Assembly (NCBI GenBank): GCA_049651845.1
Contig: JBASCW010000052.1
Span: forward strand, 19,667 to 83,666
Source of the DNA: Burkholderiales bacterium
GTDB taxonomy: Bacteria; Pseudomonadota; Gammaproteobacteria; Burkholderiales; SG8-39
Direction: 5' to 3'
Length of the DNA stretch: 64,000 bases
Position numbers and translations under genes: made by a program. The notes under the pieces are model-generated. The model searched no databases. It had not been told where the DNA came from and saw only the letters and a program-made list of their open reading frames with translations. Below, piece after piece: positions 50,184 through 59,656 of the stretch (within the stretch, counting starts at the first letter, position 1; the number at the start of each line of letters is the position of its first letter).

Positions 50184-51088
50184 TGGCGCGCAACGAGTCC
50201 AATCCGCTTTTCGAATCTGACCTGCATAGCCTGAAGCGCATCGGCCGCGGCAAGGTGCGCGACATCTATGCCGTCAACAACGACAAGATGATGATCGTGG
50301 TTTCCGACCGGCTGTCGGCCTTCGACGTGGTGCTGCCCGACCCGATCCCCGACAAGGGCCGCGTGCTCACCGAGCTCGCCAACTTCTGGTTCGGCAAGCT
50401 CGGCCACGTGGTGCCGAACCACCTCACGGGCATCGATCCCGAGAGCGTGGTGAAAGGCGAGGAGGAAAAGGCGCAGGTGCGCGGCCGCGCGATCGTGGTG
50501 AAGAAGCTCAAGCCGCTGCCGGTCGAGGCGGTGGTGCGCGGCTACATCATCGGCTCGGGCTGGAAGGACTACCAGGCGACGGGGCGGATCTGCGGCATCG
50601 AGCTGCCCAAGGGCCTGCAGCAGGCGCAGAAGCTGCCCGAGCCGATCTTCACGCCCGCCACCAAGGCAGCATCGGGCCATGACGAGAACATCTCGTTCGA
50701 GCGCATGTGCGAGATCGTCGGCAAGGACGTCGGCCAGAAGGTGAAGGACATCAGCATCCGCCTCTACAAGGAGGCTTCCGAGTTCGCGGCGACCCGAGGC
50801 ATCATCATCGCCGACACCAAGTTCGAGTTCGGCTTGAACGAGAAGGGCGACGTCGTGCTGATCGACGAGGTGCTGACCGCCGATTCGTCGCGCTTCTGGC
50901 CGGCCGACCAGTACCGGGTCGGCATCTCGCCGCCGTCCTACGACAAGCAGTTCGTGCGCGACTACCTCGAGACGCTCGACTGGGACAAGACGCCGCCGGC
51001 GCCCAAGCTGCCCGCCGACGTCATCGCCCGCACCTCGGCGAAATACCGCGAGGCCCTGGAGAAACTGGCCGGAAAGAAACTCTCATGA
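50183..51088 (+). CDS. purC: Phosphoribosylaminoimidazole-succinocarboxamide (SAICAR) synthase
   Basis: Has [26 protein letters not shown] and LTADSSRFW. Confidence 0.94.
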   Translation: MARNESNPLFESDLHSLKRIGRGKVRDIYAVNNDKMMIVVSDRLSAFDVVLPDPIPDKGRVLTELANFWFGKLGHVVPNHLTGIDPESVVKGEEEKAQVRGRAIVVKKLKPLPVEAVVRGYIIGSGWKDYQATGRICGIELPKGLQQAQKLPEPIFTPATKAASGHDENISFERMCEIVGKDVGQKVKDISIRLYKEASEFAATRGIIIADTKFEFGLNEKGDVVLIDEVLTADSSRFWPADQYRVGISPPSYDKQFVRDYLETLDWDKTPPAPKLPADVIARTSAKYREALEKLAGKKLS

Positions 51089-51573
51089 AACCAATCGTTG
51101 GAATCGTCATGGGCTCCACTTCGGACTGGGAGACCATGAAGGCCGCGGCCAAAGTGCTCGAGGAGTTCGGCGTCGCCTACGAAGCGAAGGCGATGTCGGC
51201 GCACCGCACGCCGAAAGCGGTCGCGACCTGGGCCGAGGGCGCGAAGGCGAACGGCATGAAGGCGATCATCGCCGCCGCGGGCGGCGCGGCGCACCTCGCG
51301 GGCGTGGTCGCGGCGCACACCACGCTGCCGGTTCTCGGCGTGCCGATGCCCTCCAAGCACCTGCAGGGCCTGGATTCGCTGCTCTCGACGGTGCAGATGC
51401 CGAAGGGCATCCCGGTGGCGACCTTCGCGATCGGCGAGGCGGGCGCAGCGAATGCGGCGTTGTTCGCGGTCGCAATTCTTGCCCTTTCGGATTCTTCTCT
51501 TGACAAGAAGCTGTCTGAATTCAGGGCGAAACAAACTGACGCGGTACTAAAGGCGCCGCCGCTCAAGCTTTGA
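51085..51573 (+). CDS. purE: N5-carboxyaminoimidazole ribonucleotide mutase
   Basis: Has [20 protein letters not shown] and [10 protein letters not shown]. The ATG overlaps the purC stop. Confidence 0.94.
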   Translation: MKPIVGIVMGSTSDWETMKAAAKVLEEFGVAYEAKAMSAHRTPKAVATWAEGAKANGMKAIIAAAGGAAHLAGVVAAHTTLPVLGVPMPSKHLQGLDSLLSTVQMPKGIPVATFAIGEAGAANAALFAVAILALSDSSLDKKLSEFRAKQTDAVLKAPPLKL

Positions 51574-52499
51574 GCTCCGACGTCGCGCGCGCGGCGGAGA
51601 TCCTGCGCGCGGGCGGTCTCGTCGCATTTCCCACTGAAACCGTCTATGGCCTGGGCGCCGACGCGTCCAGCGCCGAAGCGGTCGCGCGCCTGTACGCCGC
51701 CAAGGGCCGCCCCGCCGGCCATCCCGTGATCGTCCATTGCGCCACGGCGGAGGCCGCTTTTTCGTTTGCCAGAGAAATTCCGCCTGCAGCGCGCAAGCTC
51801 GCCGAGGGTTTCTGGCCGGGGCCGCTGACGCTGGTGCTCAAGCGCTCGCCGAAAGCGAAAGACTTCGTCACGGGCGGGCAGGACAGCGTGGGCCTGCGCG
51901 TGCCTTCGCATCCGGTGGCGCAGGCGCTGCTGCGCGAGTTCGGCGGCGGCGTGGCTGCGCCGTCGGCGAACTTGTTCGGCAGCGTGAGCGCCACGACCGC
52001 GGCGCACGTGCGCGAGGACCTGCAGGTCGATCTCGTGCTGGAAGGTGGCGCGAGCGAAGTCGGCATCGAATCGACCATTGTGGATCTCTCCGGTGCCGAG
52101 GTCGTATTGCTTCGTCCTGGACGGGTTTCGCGTGAGGAAATCGAGCGATTTCTCGGCGTCAAGCTCAAGGGCGCCGATTCCTCGTCGCCTCGCCATTCCG
52201 GTGGTCTGGAGCGGCACTACGCGCCGAAGACGCCGGCGCGGCTCGTCGCGCCGCACGCGCTCGATGCGGAGATCGCCAAGTGCGGCCTGGAGGTGGCGGT
52301 GCTCGCGTTCTCGAAGCCGGATGAGCGTGTGGACTACTGGATCCGCATGCCGCGCGAGCCGCAGGCCTATGCGCAGCGGCTGTACGCGGCGCTGCGCGAG
52401 CTCGACGGCGCCGGCTGCGGGGCTATACTGATCGAAACCCCACCCGACACCGCCGAATGGGCCGCAGTCAGAGATCGGTTGCAGCGCGCCGCGGGATAG
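51570..52499 (+). CDS. tsaC: L-threonylcarbamoyladenylate synthase, long Sua5 type
   Basis: Has [32 protein letters not shown] and ESTIVDL, plus the C-terminal Sua5 domain. The TTG start overlaps the purE stop. Confidence 0.88.
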   Translation: MSSDVARAAEILRAGGLVAFPTETVYGLGADASSAEAVARLYAAKGRPAGHPVIVHCATAEAAFSFAREIPPAARKLAEGFWPGPLTLVLKRSPKAKDFVTGGQDSVGLRVPSHPVAQALLREFGGGVAAPSANLFGSVSATTAAHVREDLQVDLVLEGGASEVGIESTIVDLSGAEVVLLRPGRVSREEIERFLGVKLKGADSSSPRHSGGLERHYAPKTPARLVAPHALDAEIAKCGLEVAVLAFSKPDERVDYWIRMPREPQAYAQRLYAALRELDGAGCGAILIETPPDTAEWAAVRDRLQRAAG

Positions 52500-52780
52500 C
52501 CGCCGCGGTCGTTGCGCTCGGCGTCGCCGGTTGCAACGGCAACCATGCCTGGCAGGTGTCGTCGCCGACCGCGCCACCGTCGCCGCCGCCCAGCGCCGGG
52601 CTCAGTGTCAGCACGAGCGGCGGCAGTTTCCTCGGTGCGCTGTTCGCGCTCGGCACGATCGGCTCGGCCGCCGGCTGGTTCTATCACGGCGAGCCCGAGA
52701 TGGACCCCGCGCGCCGCGTCGTCGAGCAGGACTGCACCCGGCCGATCGAGGATCCCGCGGCGAACCTGCGTTGCCGCTGA
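52457..52780 (+). CDS. Putative small lipoprotein
   Basis: 107 aa with the lipobox LGVAGC. It overlaps the tsaC 3' end by 43 nt, so it is only moderately convincing. Confidence 0.4.
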   Translation: MGRSQRSVAARRGIAAAVVALGVAGCNGNHAWQVSSPTAPPSPPPSAGLSVSTSGGSFLGALFALGTIGSAAGWFYHGEPEMDPARRVVEQDCTRPIEDPAANLRCR

Positions 52781-52781
52781 T

Positions 52782-54323
52782 TCAGATTCTGCGCGGTCCT
52801 GGCCGGCCGTCCTCGACCACGAAAGAGGCGAGCGTAGAGCAGCCGGCATCCGGATTGGTCACCGATTCCATCGCGCGCAGGTCGGCGCGCAGCTCGCGCG
52901 CGGTGAGCTCGGCGCGCACGTAGCCGCGAAAGCGGCTGTCCACGAGCTTCATGTGCGGGTTGTCCGCGAGCATCGGCGCAAGGCGCTCCATCGGCCAGGC
53001 CTGCGAGGTGATCGAGGTGGTGACGAACTCGCTCGCCACCACCGGCGAGGCCGGGTCGTCGAAATCGAGCTTCAGGTCGTTGACGTTGAAGCTGTGCACG
53101 TCGCCGCCGAGCACCACGGGGTTCCGGATTTTTCGCGAACCAATGAAATCCAGCAGGCGCTTGCGCGCCATCGGGTAGCCATCCCAGCCGTCGGTCCAGG
53201 CGCGCCGGCCCGGCCCCGGCTTCTGGTCAAACTGCGCCATCGGCGTCTGCTGCGCGAGCAGGTTCCAGCGCGCGCCCGAGGCCGCGAGCGCGCCCTCGAG
53301 CCAGCGCTCCTGCGCGCGTCCGAGCATCGAGCGGGTATCGCGCGCGAGCTCGGGACAGTCGTCGACGTCGACGGTCCTGCTTTCGCCCTTGCGCCACAGG
53401 CGCCGGCAGGCATGGTACGAGCGGTATTGGCGGTCATCCAGCGTGTAGAAGCGACCGAGCGCGCCCCAGTCGAGCGCGGTGTAGATGCGCATGTCGGGCC
53501 CCTTCGGGCGCATGCGCTCCGGCAGCGGCTGGTGCTCGTAGTAGGCGCGATAGGCGGCCGCGCGCCGCGCGCGGAATTGCTCTTTCGGCGCGGCAAACTG
53601 CGACAGGTCGTCGGCGTAGTCGTTCTCGACCTCGTGATCGTCCCAGGTGACGATCCACGGGCAGGCGGCGTGCGCGGCGCGCAGGTCGGGGTCGGCCTTG
53701 TAGAGCGCGTAGCGCGCGCGGTAGTCCTCGAGCGTGCGCGGCTCGGGCGTGCCGTGCGAACGCACGTGCTGCTGGCCCCAGGTCGATTCGTAGATGTAGT
53801 CGCCGAGGAAGGCGACCAGATCCGGCTCGTCGCGGACCAGGTGGCGGTAGGCGTTGAACCAGCCCTGCTCGTAGTGCTGGCACGAGGCGAACGCAAAGCG
53901 CAGCCGCTCTACCGGCGCGCCCGGCGCGGGCGCGGTGCGCGTGCGGCCGACCGGGCTTTGCGCATCGCCCGCGCTGAAGCGGTACCAGTACCAGCGCTCC
54001 GGCGCGAGGCCGCGCGGCTCGGCGTGCACCGAGTGCGCCCAGTCGGGCACGGCCGCGGCCGTGCCCGAGGCGACGATCCGGCGCATCGACTCGTCATCGG
54101 CGACCTCCCAGCGCACCGGGATCACGGCCGCGCCGTGCTCGCCCGCGAGACGCGTCCAGAGCACCATGCCATCGGGGCGCGGGTAGCCCGAGGCAATGCC
54201 GAGCGCAAACGGATCGCGCGCGAAGCGCGCGATCCCCGGCGACTGCGGGCGCGCAGGCAGCGAATGCGAAAAGCCGAGGGCCGCGAGCGCCTGCAGGAAA
54301 CGGCGGCGGTCGGACGGGTTCAC
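52782..54323 (-). CDS. phoD: Alkaline phosphatase D family (PhoD), Tat-exported
   Basis: Has the twin-arginine signal SDRRRFLQALAALG. Also has FASCQHYEQG, FLGDYIYE and WDDHEVENDY. The GTG start overlaps the upstream stop. Confidence 0.9.
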   Translation of the reverse strand: MNPSDRRRFLQALAALGFSHSLPARPQSPGIARFARDPFALGIASGYPRPDGMVLWTRLAGEHGAAVIPVRWEVADDESMRRIVASGTAAAVPDWAHSVHAEPRGLAPERWYWYRFSAGDAQSPVGRTRTAPAPGAPVERLRFAFASCQHYEQGWFNAYRHLVRDEPDLVAFLGDYIYESTWGQQHVRSHGTPEPRTLEDYRARYALYKADPDLRAAHAACPWIVTWDDHEVENDYADDLSQFAAPKEQFRARRAAAYRAYYEHQPLPERMRPKGPDMRIYTALDWGALGRFYTLDDRQYRSYHACRRLWRKGESRTVDVDDCPELARDTRSMLGRAQERWLEGALAASGARWNLLAQQTPMAQFDQKPGPGRRAWTDGWDGYPMARKRLLDFIGSRKIRNPVVLGGDVHSFNVNDLKLDFDDPASPVVASEFVTTSITSQAWPMERLAPMLADNPHMKLVDSRFRGYVRAELTARELRADLRAMESVTNPDAGCSTLASFVVEDGRPGPRRI

Positions 54324-55483
54324 TGCGCCGGAGCGGGCGCCGCCCGCTTGCTGTCCTCTTGCGGAAAGTCGTAGAGATGCGTGTTGTCCGGCGGTCCCCC
54401 GATCGGCGCGCCTTTCGGACCGAGACGCGCACGCCGCTTGAAGTTCTCGCTGTCCGATTCGGCGCTTTGCGCGGCCAGTTCGGCGGCCTGCGCGTAGGCC
54501 ATGGGGTCCTTGGACCTCTCGATCTCGAGGCGCTTCGACTCGCCGTTCACGCGCACGCTGTAGCGGCCGAGGTTACAGAGCAGGTACATGGCGAAAAGAT
54601 TGTTGTAGTCCTCGTAGTATCCCTGCTCGTTGCTGAAGTCCCGCGACAGGACCGACGGAAACCGGTTGGGCAGGTCCTTGAACGCGACCTTCTCCTCCTC
54701 GCGGGAATCCACGTAGGTCGAGCCTTCATACTTCTTGTAGAGCACCACATCCATGCCGTAGCCGCGCGCGTTCCAGGCCGCGAGCAGCTTCATCGCCATC
54801 TCGGTGGGGATGTTGGCGTTCATCGCCGCCACCAGCCGCGTGCGCGCCGGCAGGAACTTCGCGCCCGCGATCTCGAGGTCCTCGTATCCGGCGCCGTAGC
54901 GGAAGGCCGTGCCGATGGTCTTGGCGCAATTCAGGCGCAGGTAGTCGTAGCGGATCTCGCGGTCGTGGTAGACGGTTTCCCTGGCCCGGGCGTGATAGTC
55001 GTCGTTGATGCTGCGAAAAAGGGCGGCCAGCGCAAGCTTGTCCGCCGCCGGCACGCCGCGCACGCGCACGCCGACCATCGATCGCTTGTAGATCTCGCCG
55101 AAGTCCAGGCCGAACGATGCCTTGTCATCCAGCGACGAGGTCGTCCCGTACAGGTACTCCTTCTTCGGGATGCCGAGCATGAGGTCGCGCGTGTAGAACT
55201 GCGCCTCGTGCTTGGCGCTGCGGTCGGCGTAGTAGTTGGCCGAATACACCAGATCGTCGCCGTGCAGCTCGTCGCGGATGGCCAGGGCGAGGTGGCCCGC
55301 CGAGCCGCCCTTGGAGGTGCCAAAGCCGATCAGCAGCTCCAGGTCGTACGGATCCTGCCGCAGGATGCCCGCGATCTCGTCGAGATTGGCGGGCGCCGGC
55401 CCGCCTTTGCTGCCGAAGTCGGCGGCCTGCGCGCTCGCCGCGCACAGCAACGCCGCCGCGATGAGCCACGACGCGGCCCTCAT
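54320..55483 (-). CDS. Hypothetical secreted protein, translationally coupled to phoD
   Basis: 387 aa counted from MRAASWLIAAALLCAASAQA (signal peptide). I recognise no family. Conserved-looking segments are SKGGSAGHLALAIRDE and YDYLRLNCAKTIG. Confidence 0.6.
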   Translation of the reverse strand: MRAASWLIAAALLCAASAQAADFGSKGGPAPANLDEIAGILRQDPYDLELLIGFGTSKGGSAGHLALAIRDELHGDDLVYSANYYADRSAKHEAQFYTRDLMLGIPKKEYLYGTTSSLDDKASFGLDFGEIYKRSMVGVRVRGVPAADKLALAALFRSINDDYHARARETVYHDREIRYDYLRLNCAKTIGTAFRYGAGYEDLEIAGAKFLPARTRLVAAMNANIPTEMAMKLLAAWNARGYGMDVVLYKKYEGSTYVDSREEEKVAFKDLPNRFPSVLSRDFSNEQGYYEDYNNLFAMYLLCNLGRYSVRVNGESKRLEIERSKDPMAYAQAAELAAQSAESDSENFKRRARLGPKGAPIGGPPDNTHLYDFPQEDSKRAAPAPAQ

Positions 55484-55592
55484 GCGAGTTGCGCTTTCGT
55501 CATTTGAGAAGTTTAGTCCGGGCGCGGTGCGCGGCGTCGAACCTGCGCGATGGTACGATTTGCCGGGGATCGAACGTCGGCATTGCGGAAGG

Positions 55593-56039
55593 ATGGGGAT
55601 GACATCTGCGGGCACAGCGAGGTCGTGGGCATCGGCAATGCTGTGCGCGGCGGCGCTGATGGCTGCGGTCGCGGCCCCGGCGGTGGCGCAAGCGCCCCTG
55701 GCGGCGGGCGGCGAGGTCTACACCGCGGTCTGCGCCGAATGCCATGCCACGGGCAAGGACAAGGCGCCCAAGTTCGGCGATCGCAAGGACTGGGCGAGCC
55801 GCATTCGCGAGGGGCAGGCCACGCTCACCGCGGAAGGCTGGGTCGGCGTGCGCGCCATGCCGCCGCGCGGGGGGCGCGCGGATCTCGAGCTCGAGCCATT
55901 CGCGCGCGCGGTCGCGCACATGGCGCGTGCAGCCGGGGCAACGTGGCAGGACCCGGACGCCAGGATGCTGGAGCGCATCCGTACGGCGGAGAAGCGCCTG
56001 ATTGCGAAACAGGGCAAGGCGAAGACGCCTGCGCGCTGA
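55593..56039 (+). CDS. Cytochrome c5-family monohaem cytochrome c
   Basis: A signal peptide is followed by GGEVYTAVCAECHATGKDKAPKFGDRKDW (CxxCH) and a distal AMPPRGG Met ligand region. Confidence 0.85.
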   Translation: MGMTSAGTARSWASAMLCAAALMAAVAAPAVAQAPLAAGGEVYTAVCAECHATGKDKAPKFGDRKDWASRIREGQATLTAEGWVGVRAMPPRGGRADLELEPFARAVAHMARAAGATWQDPDARMLERIRTAEKRLIAKQGKAKTPAR

Positions 56040-56099
56040 GCCTGCACGGCGCCGCGATTAAAATAGCGGCTTCCCTGACGAAAACAAGCGGAGCGGTGA

Positions 56100-56381
56100 A
56101 TGATCCATTTCGTCGTGCATGAAGAAGGCGATGGCGTCGGCGTCGTCGTGGTGGAAGGCGTGAAGAAGGGTCAGGAGCTGGTCGGCTGGATCATGGAGGA
56201 CGACAAGGAGATCCGCATGACCGCGCAGAGCGACATCCCGATCGGCCACAAGCTCGCGCTCAAGGACTACGAGCCCGGCGACACGGTGATCAAGTACGGC
56301 GTCGACATCGGCAAGGTGGTGGCGCCGATCGCGCGCGGCGAGCACACGCACGTGCAGAACCTCAAGACCAAGCGGTGGTAA
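56100..56381 (+). CDS. UxaA-family dehydratase/lyase small subunit (SAF domain)
   Basis: 93 aa. [28 protein letters not shown]...GEHTHVQNL is the N-terminal SAF module of altronate/galactarate dehydratases, here encoded as a separate gene. Confidence 0.8.
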   Translation: MIHFVVHEEGDGVGVVVVEGVKKGQELVGWIMEDDKEIRMTAQSDIPIGHKLALKDYEPGDTVIKYGVDIGKVVAPIARGEHTHVQNLKTKRW

Positions 56382-56386
56382 GGCAC

Positions 56387-57556
56387 ATGGACCTGGCAAG
56401 AGCGAGTTTCTGGGGCTACAAGCGCGAGAACGGCCGCATCGGCGTGCGCAACCACGTGCTGATCCTGCCGGTGGACGACCTGTCGAACGCCGCCGCCGAG
56501 GCGGTGGCGAGCAACATCAAGGGCACGATCGCGATCCCGCACCCCTACGGGCGGCTGCAGTTCGGCGCCGACCTGGACCTGCACTTCGCCACGCTGATCG
56601 GCACGGGCTGCAACCCGAACGTCGCCGCGGTGGTGGTGATCTGCATCGAGGACGGCTGGGCGAAGAAGGTCGCCGACGGCATCAAGGCCACCGGCAAGCC
56701 GGTGTCCTATTTCGGCATCGAGCAGCACGGCGACCACGACACCATCATGCGCGCCTCGAAAGCCGCCAAGGAGTACGTGCAGTGGGCCTCGGAGCTGCGC
56801 CGCGAGGAGCGGCCGCTCAAGGATCTCTGGGTCTCGACCAAGTGCGGCGAGTCGGACACGACCTCCGGTTGCGGCGCCAATCCGACCGTGGGCAACGCCT
56901 TCGACAAGCTCTACCCGCACAAGGTGACGCTGGCGTTCGGCGAGACCACCGAGCTCACCGGCGGCGAGCACCTGGTGGCGGCGCGCTGCAGGAACGACGA
57001 AGTGCGCAAGAAGTTCCAGTTCATGTTCGACCGCTACCAGGCGATCATCGACAAGCACAAGACCAGCGACCTCTCGGACTCGCAGCCGACCAAGGGCAAC
57101 ATCGCCGGCGGCCTCACCACGATCGAGGAGAAGGCGCTCGGCAACATCCAGAAAATCGGCCGCAAGTGCATGATCGACGGCGTGCTGGACAAGCACGAGG
57201 AGCCGACCGGTCCGGGCCTGTGGTTCATCGATTCGTCCTCCGCTGCCGCGGAGATGGTGACGCTGTGCGCGGCGGCCGGCTACACGGTGCACCTCTTCCC
57301 GACCGGGCAGGGCAACGTGATCGGCAACCCGATCCTGCCGGTGATCAAGCTCTGCGCCAACCCGCGCACCGTGCGCACGATGAGCGAGCACATCGACGTC
57401 GACGTTTCGGGCCTGCTGCGCAAGGAAATGAATCCGGACCAGGCGGGCGATGCGCTGCTCGAGTGCATGTTCCGCACCGCCAACGGCCGGCTCACCGCGG
57501 CCGAGGCGCTGGGGCACCGCGAGTTCGTGCTGACGAGGCTCTACGAGTCAGCCTAG
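56387..57556 (+). CDS. UxaA-family dehydratase/lyase large subunit
   Basis: Has [38 protein letters not shown] and FPTGQGN. An alternative GTG start lies at 56375. Confidence 0.82.
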   Translation: MDLARASFWGYKRENGRIGVRNHVLILPVDDLSNAAAEAVASNIKGTIAIPHPYGRLQFGADLDLHFATLIGTGCNPNVAAVVVICIEDGWAKKVADGIKATGKPVSYFGIEQHGDHDTIMRASKAAKEYVQWASELRREERPLKDLWVSTKCGESDTTSGCGANPTVGNAFDKLYPHKVTLAFGETTELTGGEHLVAARCRNDEVRKKFQFMFDRYQAIIDKHKTSDLSDSQPTKGNIAGGLTTIEEKALGNIQKIGRKCMIDGVLDKHEEPTGPGLWFIDSSSAAAEMVTLCAAAGYTVHLFPTGQGNVIGNPILPVIKLCANPRTVRTMSEHIDVDVSGLLRKEMNPDQAGDALLECMFRTANGRLTAAEALGHREFVLTRLYESA

Positions 57557-57563
57557 TACGTAT

Positions 57564-58262
57564 GTGCTGGTGCACGGCGCCTGGCACGGCGGCTGGTGCT
57601 GGCGCCGCGTCGCGGACCGTCTGACCGCGGCCGGTCACCGCGTTTTCTGCCCTACGCTGACTGGATTGGGCGAGCGCGCGCACCTGCTCAGCCGCGACGT
57701 CAACCTGAGCACGCACATCGCCGACGTTGTCGGCCTGCTCGAGGCCGAAGAGCTGGAGAACGTCGTGCTCGCGGGCCACAGCTACGGCGGCATCGTCATC
57801 AGCGGCGTCGCCGCGCGCGCCAGGGCGCGGCTGCGCCAGCTCGTCTACGTGGACGCCGCGCTGGTCGAGGACGGCCAGTCCTGGTCGCAGATCATGCTGC
57901 CCGAAGTCGCCGCCGCGCGTCGAAAGCTGGCGCAGGAATCGAGCGGCGGCGTCTCGCTGCCGGTGCCGGAGGCCTCGGTCTTCGGGCTGTCCGATCCGGC
58001 CGATCTCGCCTGGGTGCAGCGGCGCATGACGCCGCAGCCGTTCGGCCCCTTCGACGAGAAGATGCACTGGGGAGGACCGATCGGCAACGGCCTGCCGAAG
58101 CTTTACCTGGATTGCGTGGAGCCGGCGTACGCAAACCTCGCGCCGACCAAGGACCGCGTCCGCGGCAAGCCGGGCTGGCCGTTCGTGGAATTGAAGACTG
58201 GCCACGACGCGATGGTCAGCGCGCCCGCGGCAACCGCGAAGCTGCTGCTCGGGTTCGCATGA
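57564..58262 (+). CDS. Alpha/beta hydrolase (small esterase, SABP2/methylesterase-like)
   Basis: Has LVHGAWHGGWCW, the nucleophile elbow GHSYGG, and a distal GHDAMVS His. Confidence 0.8.
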   Translation: MLVHGAWHGGWCWRRVADRLTAAGHRVFCPTLTGLGERAHLLSRDVNLSTHIADVVGLLEAEELENVVLAGHSYGGIVISGVAARARARLRQLVYVDAALVEDGQSWSQIMLPEVAAARRKLAQESSGGVSLPVPEASVFGLSDPADLAWVQRRMTPQPFGPFDEKMHWGGPIGNGLPKLYLDCVEPAYANLAPTKDRVRGKPGWPFVELKTGHDAMVSAPAATAKLLLGFA

Positions 58263-58975
58263 GCAGCCTGAAGGTCCAGGTCTGGCGAGGCGGCGCGCAG
58301 GGCGCCTTCCAGGCTTTCGACGTGCCGCGGCACGCGAGCCAGACCGTGCTCGACGTGGTCACGCACATCCAGCGCGCGCTCGATCCCACGCTCGCCTACC
58401 GCTTCGCCTGCCGCGTCGGCATGTGCGGCTCGTGCGCCATGACCGTGAACGGCAAGGCTCGCTGGACCTGTCGAACGCATATCGATCTGGTCCAGAAGGA
58501 AAAGGAAATCGTCACCATTGCGCCGCTGCGCAATCTTCCGGTGATCCGCGACCTGGTGACCGACATGCGCGAGTTCTTCGATAAATGGTCGAGGGCGAAG
58601 GGGCAGTTTCAAGGTCGGTTTTCCAGGAAGGATGATTTCGAGAAAGTAGATCCTGAGAGTCCTGCCCGCGTTCAGGTCGATGCAGGAATCGAGTGCATCG
58701 GCTGCGCGGTCTGCTATGCCTCCTGCGACGTGGTCGCCTGGAACCCGGACTACCTGGGACCGGCGGCGCTCAACCGCGCCTGGACTCTGGTCAGGGACGA
58801 AAGGGATACGGCCGCAGCGCAGCGGCTGCGTGCCGTGGCCGGCGACGCGGGCTGCCACGCCTGCCATACGCACCTGAGCTGCACCGAGCGCTGCCCCAAG
58901 CAGATTTCGCCTACGGCGGGCATCGCGGGATTGAAGCGCGAGGTCGCGCGCGCCGTGCTCAAGGGAACGCTGTGA
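58259..58975 (+). CDS. Succinate dehydrogenase / fumarate reductase-type iron-sulfur subunit (SdhB/FrdB-like)
   Basis: All three cluster motifs are intact: CRVGMCGSCAMTVNGKARWTC (2Fe-2S), CIGCAVCYASC, and CHTHLSCTERCP. The ATG overlaps the hydrolase stop. Confidence 0.85.
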   Translation: MSSLKVQVWRGGAQGAFQAFDVPRHASQTVLDVVTHIQRALDPTLAYRFACRVGMCGSCAMTVNGKARWTCRTHIDLVQKEKEIVTIAPLRNLPVIRDLVTDMREFFDKWSRAKGQFQGRFSRKDDFEKVDPESPARVQVDAGIECIGCAVCYASCDVVAWNPDYLGPAALNRAWTLVRDERDTAAAQRLRAVAGDAGCHACHTHLSCTERCPKQISPTAGIAGLKREVARAVLKGTL

Positions 58976-59310
58976 GCTTCAGGACCCAGGCGTTGCTCTG
59001 GGTCGCGCAGCGCGCGAGCGCCGTGGTGCTCGCGCTTTGCGTCGTCGTGCACCTCGCGACGATGATCTATGCGATCCGCGGCGGCCTCAGCGCGGCCGAG
59101 ATCCTCGCGCGCACGCGCGGCAACGGCGGCTGGCTCGCGTTCTACTCGGTGTTCGTGCTCGCGGTCGCGGTGCACGCGCCGATCGGCCTGCGGCCGGTGC
59201 TCGGCGAATGGCTGCGCTGGACTGGCGCCTCGCGCGACCTCTTCCTGCTCGCGCTGGCGGTGCTGCTCGCGGGGCTCGGCATGCGCGCGGTGCTGGGAGT
59301 GTTCCTGTGA
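58972..59310 (+). CDS. Small hydrophobic membrane anchor subunit (SdhD/FrdD-like)
   Basis: 112 aa with 3 TM segments and conserved His residues in the helices. The GTG overlaps the Fe-S subunit stop. Confidence 0.6.
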   Translation: MSFRTQALLWVAQRASAVVLALCVVVHLATMIYAIRGGLSAAEILARTRGNGGWLAFYSVFVLAVAVHAPIGLRPVLGEWLRWTGASRDLFLLALAVLLAGLGMRAVLGVFL

Positions 59311-59633
59311 CCGGCCACACCGGCACCTGGGCGGCGCTCGTGCACCGCGTCTCGGGCATCCTGCTCGTATTTTTCCTGCCCGGGCATTTCATCGCGCTCG
59401 GCAGCGCGCTCGAGGGCGCCGCGGCGTTCGACGGCTTCCTCGCCTGGACGCAGCAGCCGATGGTCAAGTTTGCCGAGTGGGGCATCGTGCTCGCGCTCGC
59501 GGCGCACCTGGGCGGCGGGCTGCGCGTGCTGGCGCTCGAATTCCTGCCCTGGCGCGACTGGCAGAAGGGGCTCGCCGCGGCTGCTGCCGCCGCCGCAATC
59601 GCGGTAAGCTTGGCGTTCGCATTGGCCCTTTGA
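59307..59633 (+). CDS. Small hydrophobic membrane anchor subunit (SdhC-like)
   Basis: 108 aa with 3 TM segments and the SdhC-like motif LVHRVSGILLV. The GTG overlaps the upstream stop. Confidence 0.6.
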   Translation: MTGHTGTWAALVHRVSGILLVFFLPGHFIALGSALEGAAAFDGFLAWTQQPMVKFAEWGIVLALAAHLGGGLRVLALEFLPWRDWQKGLAAAAAAAAIAVSLAFALAL

Positions 59634-59656
59634 GAGGCCTTTACTAGGAGGATGGA

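Noticed and set aside
52457-52499. The 43-nt overlap between tsaC and the putative lipoprotein ORF, considered as evidence of programmed frameshifting.
   Set aside because: There is no slippery motif or downstream structure. The simpler explanations are a later start for the small ORF or that the ORF is not expressed.
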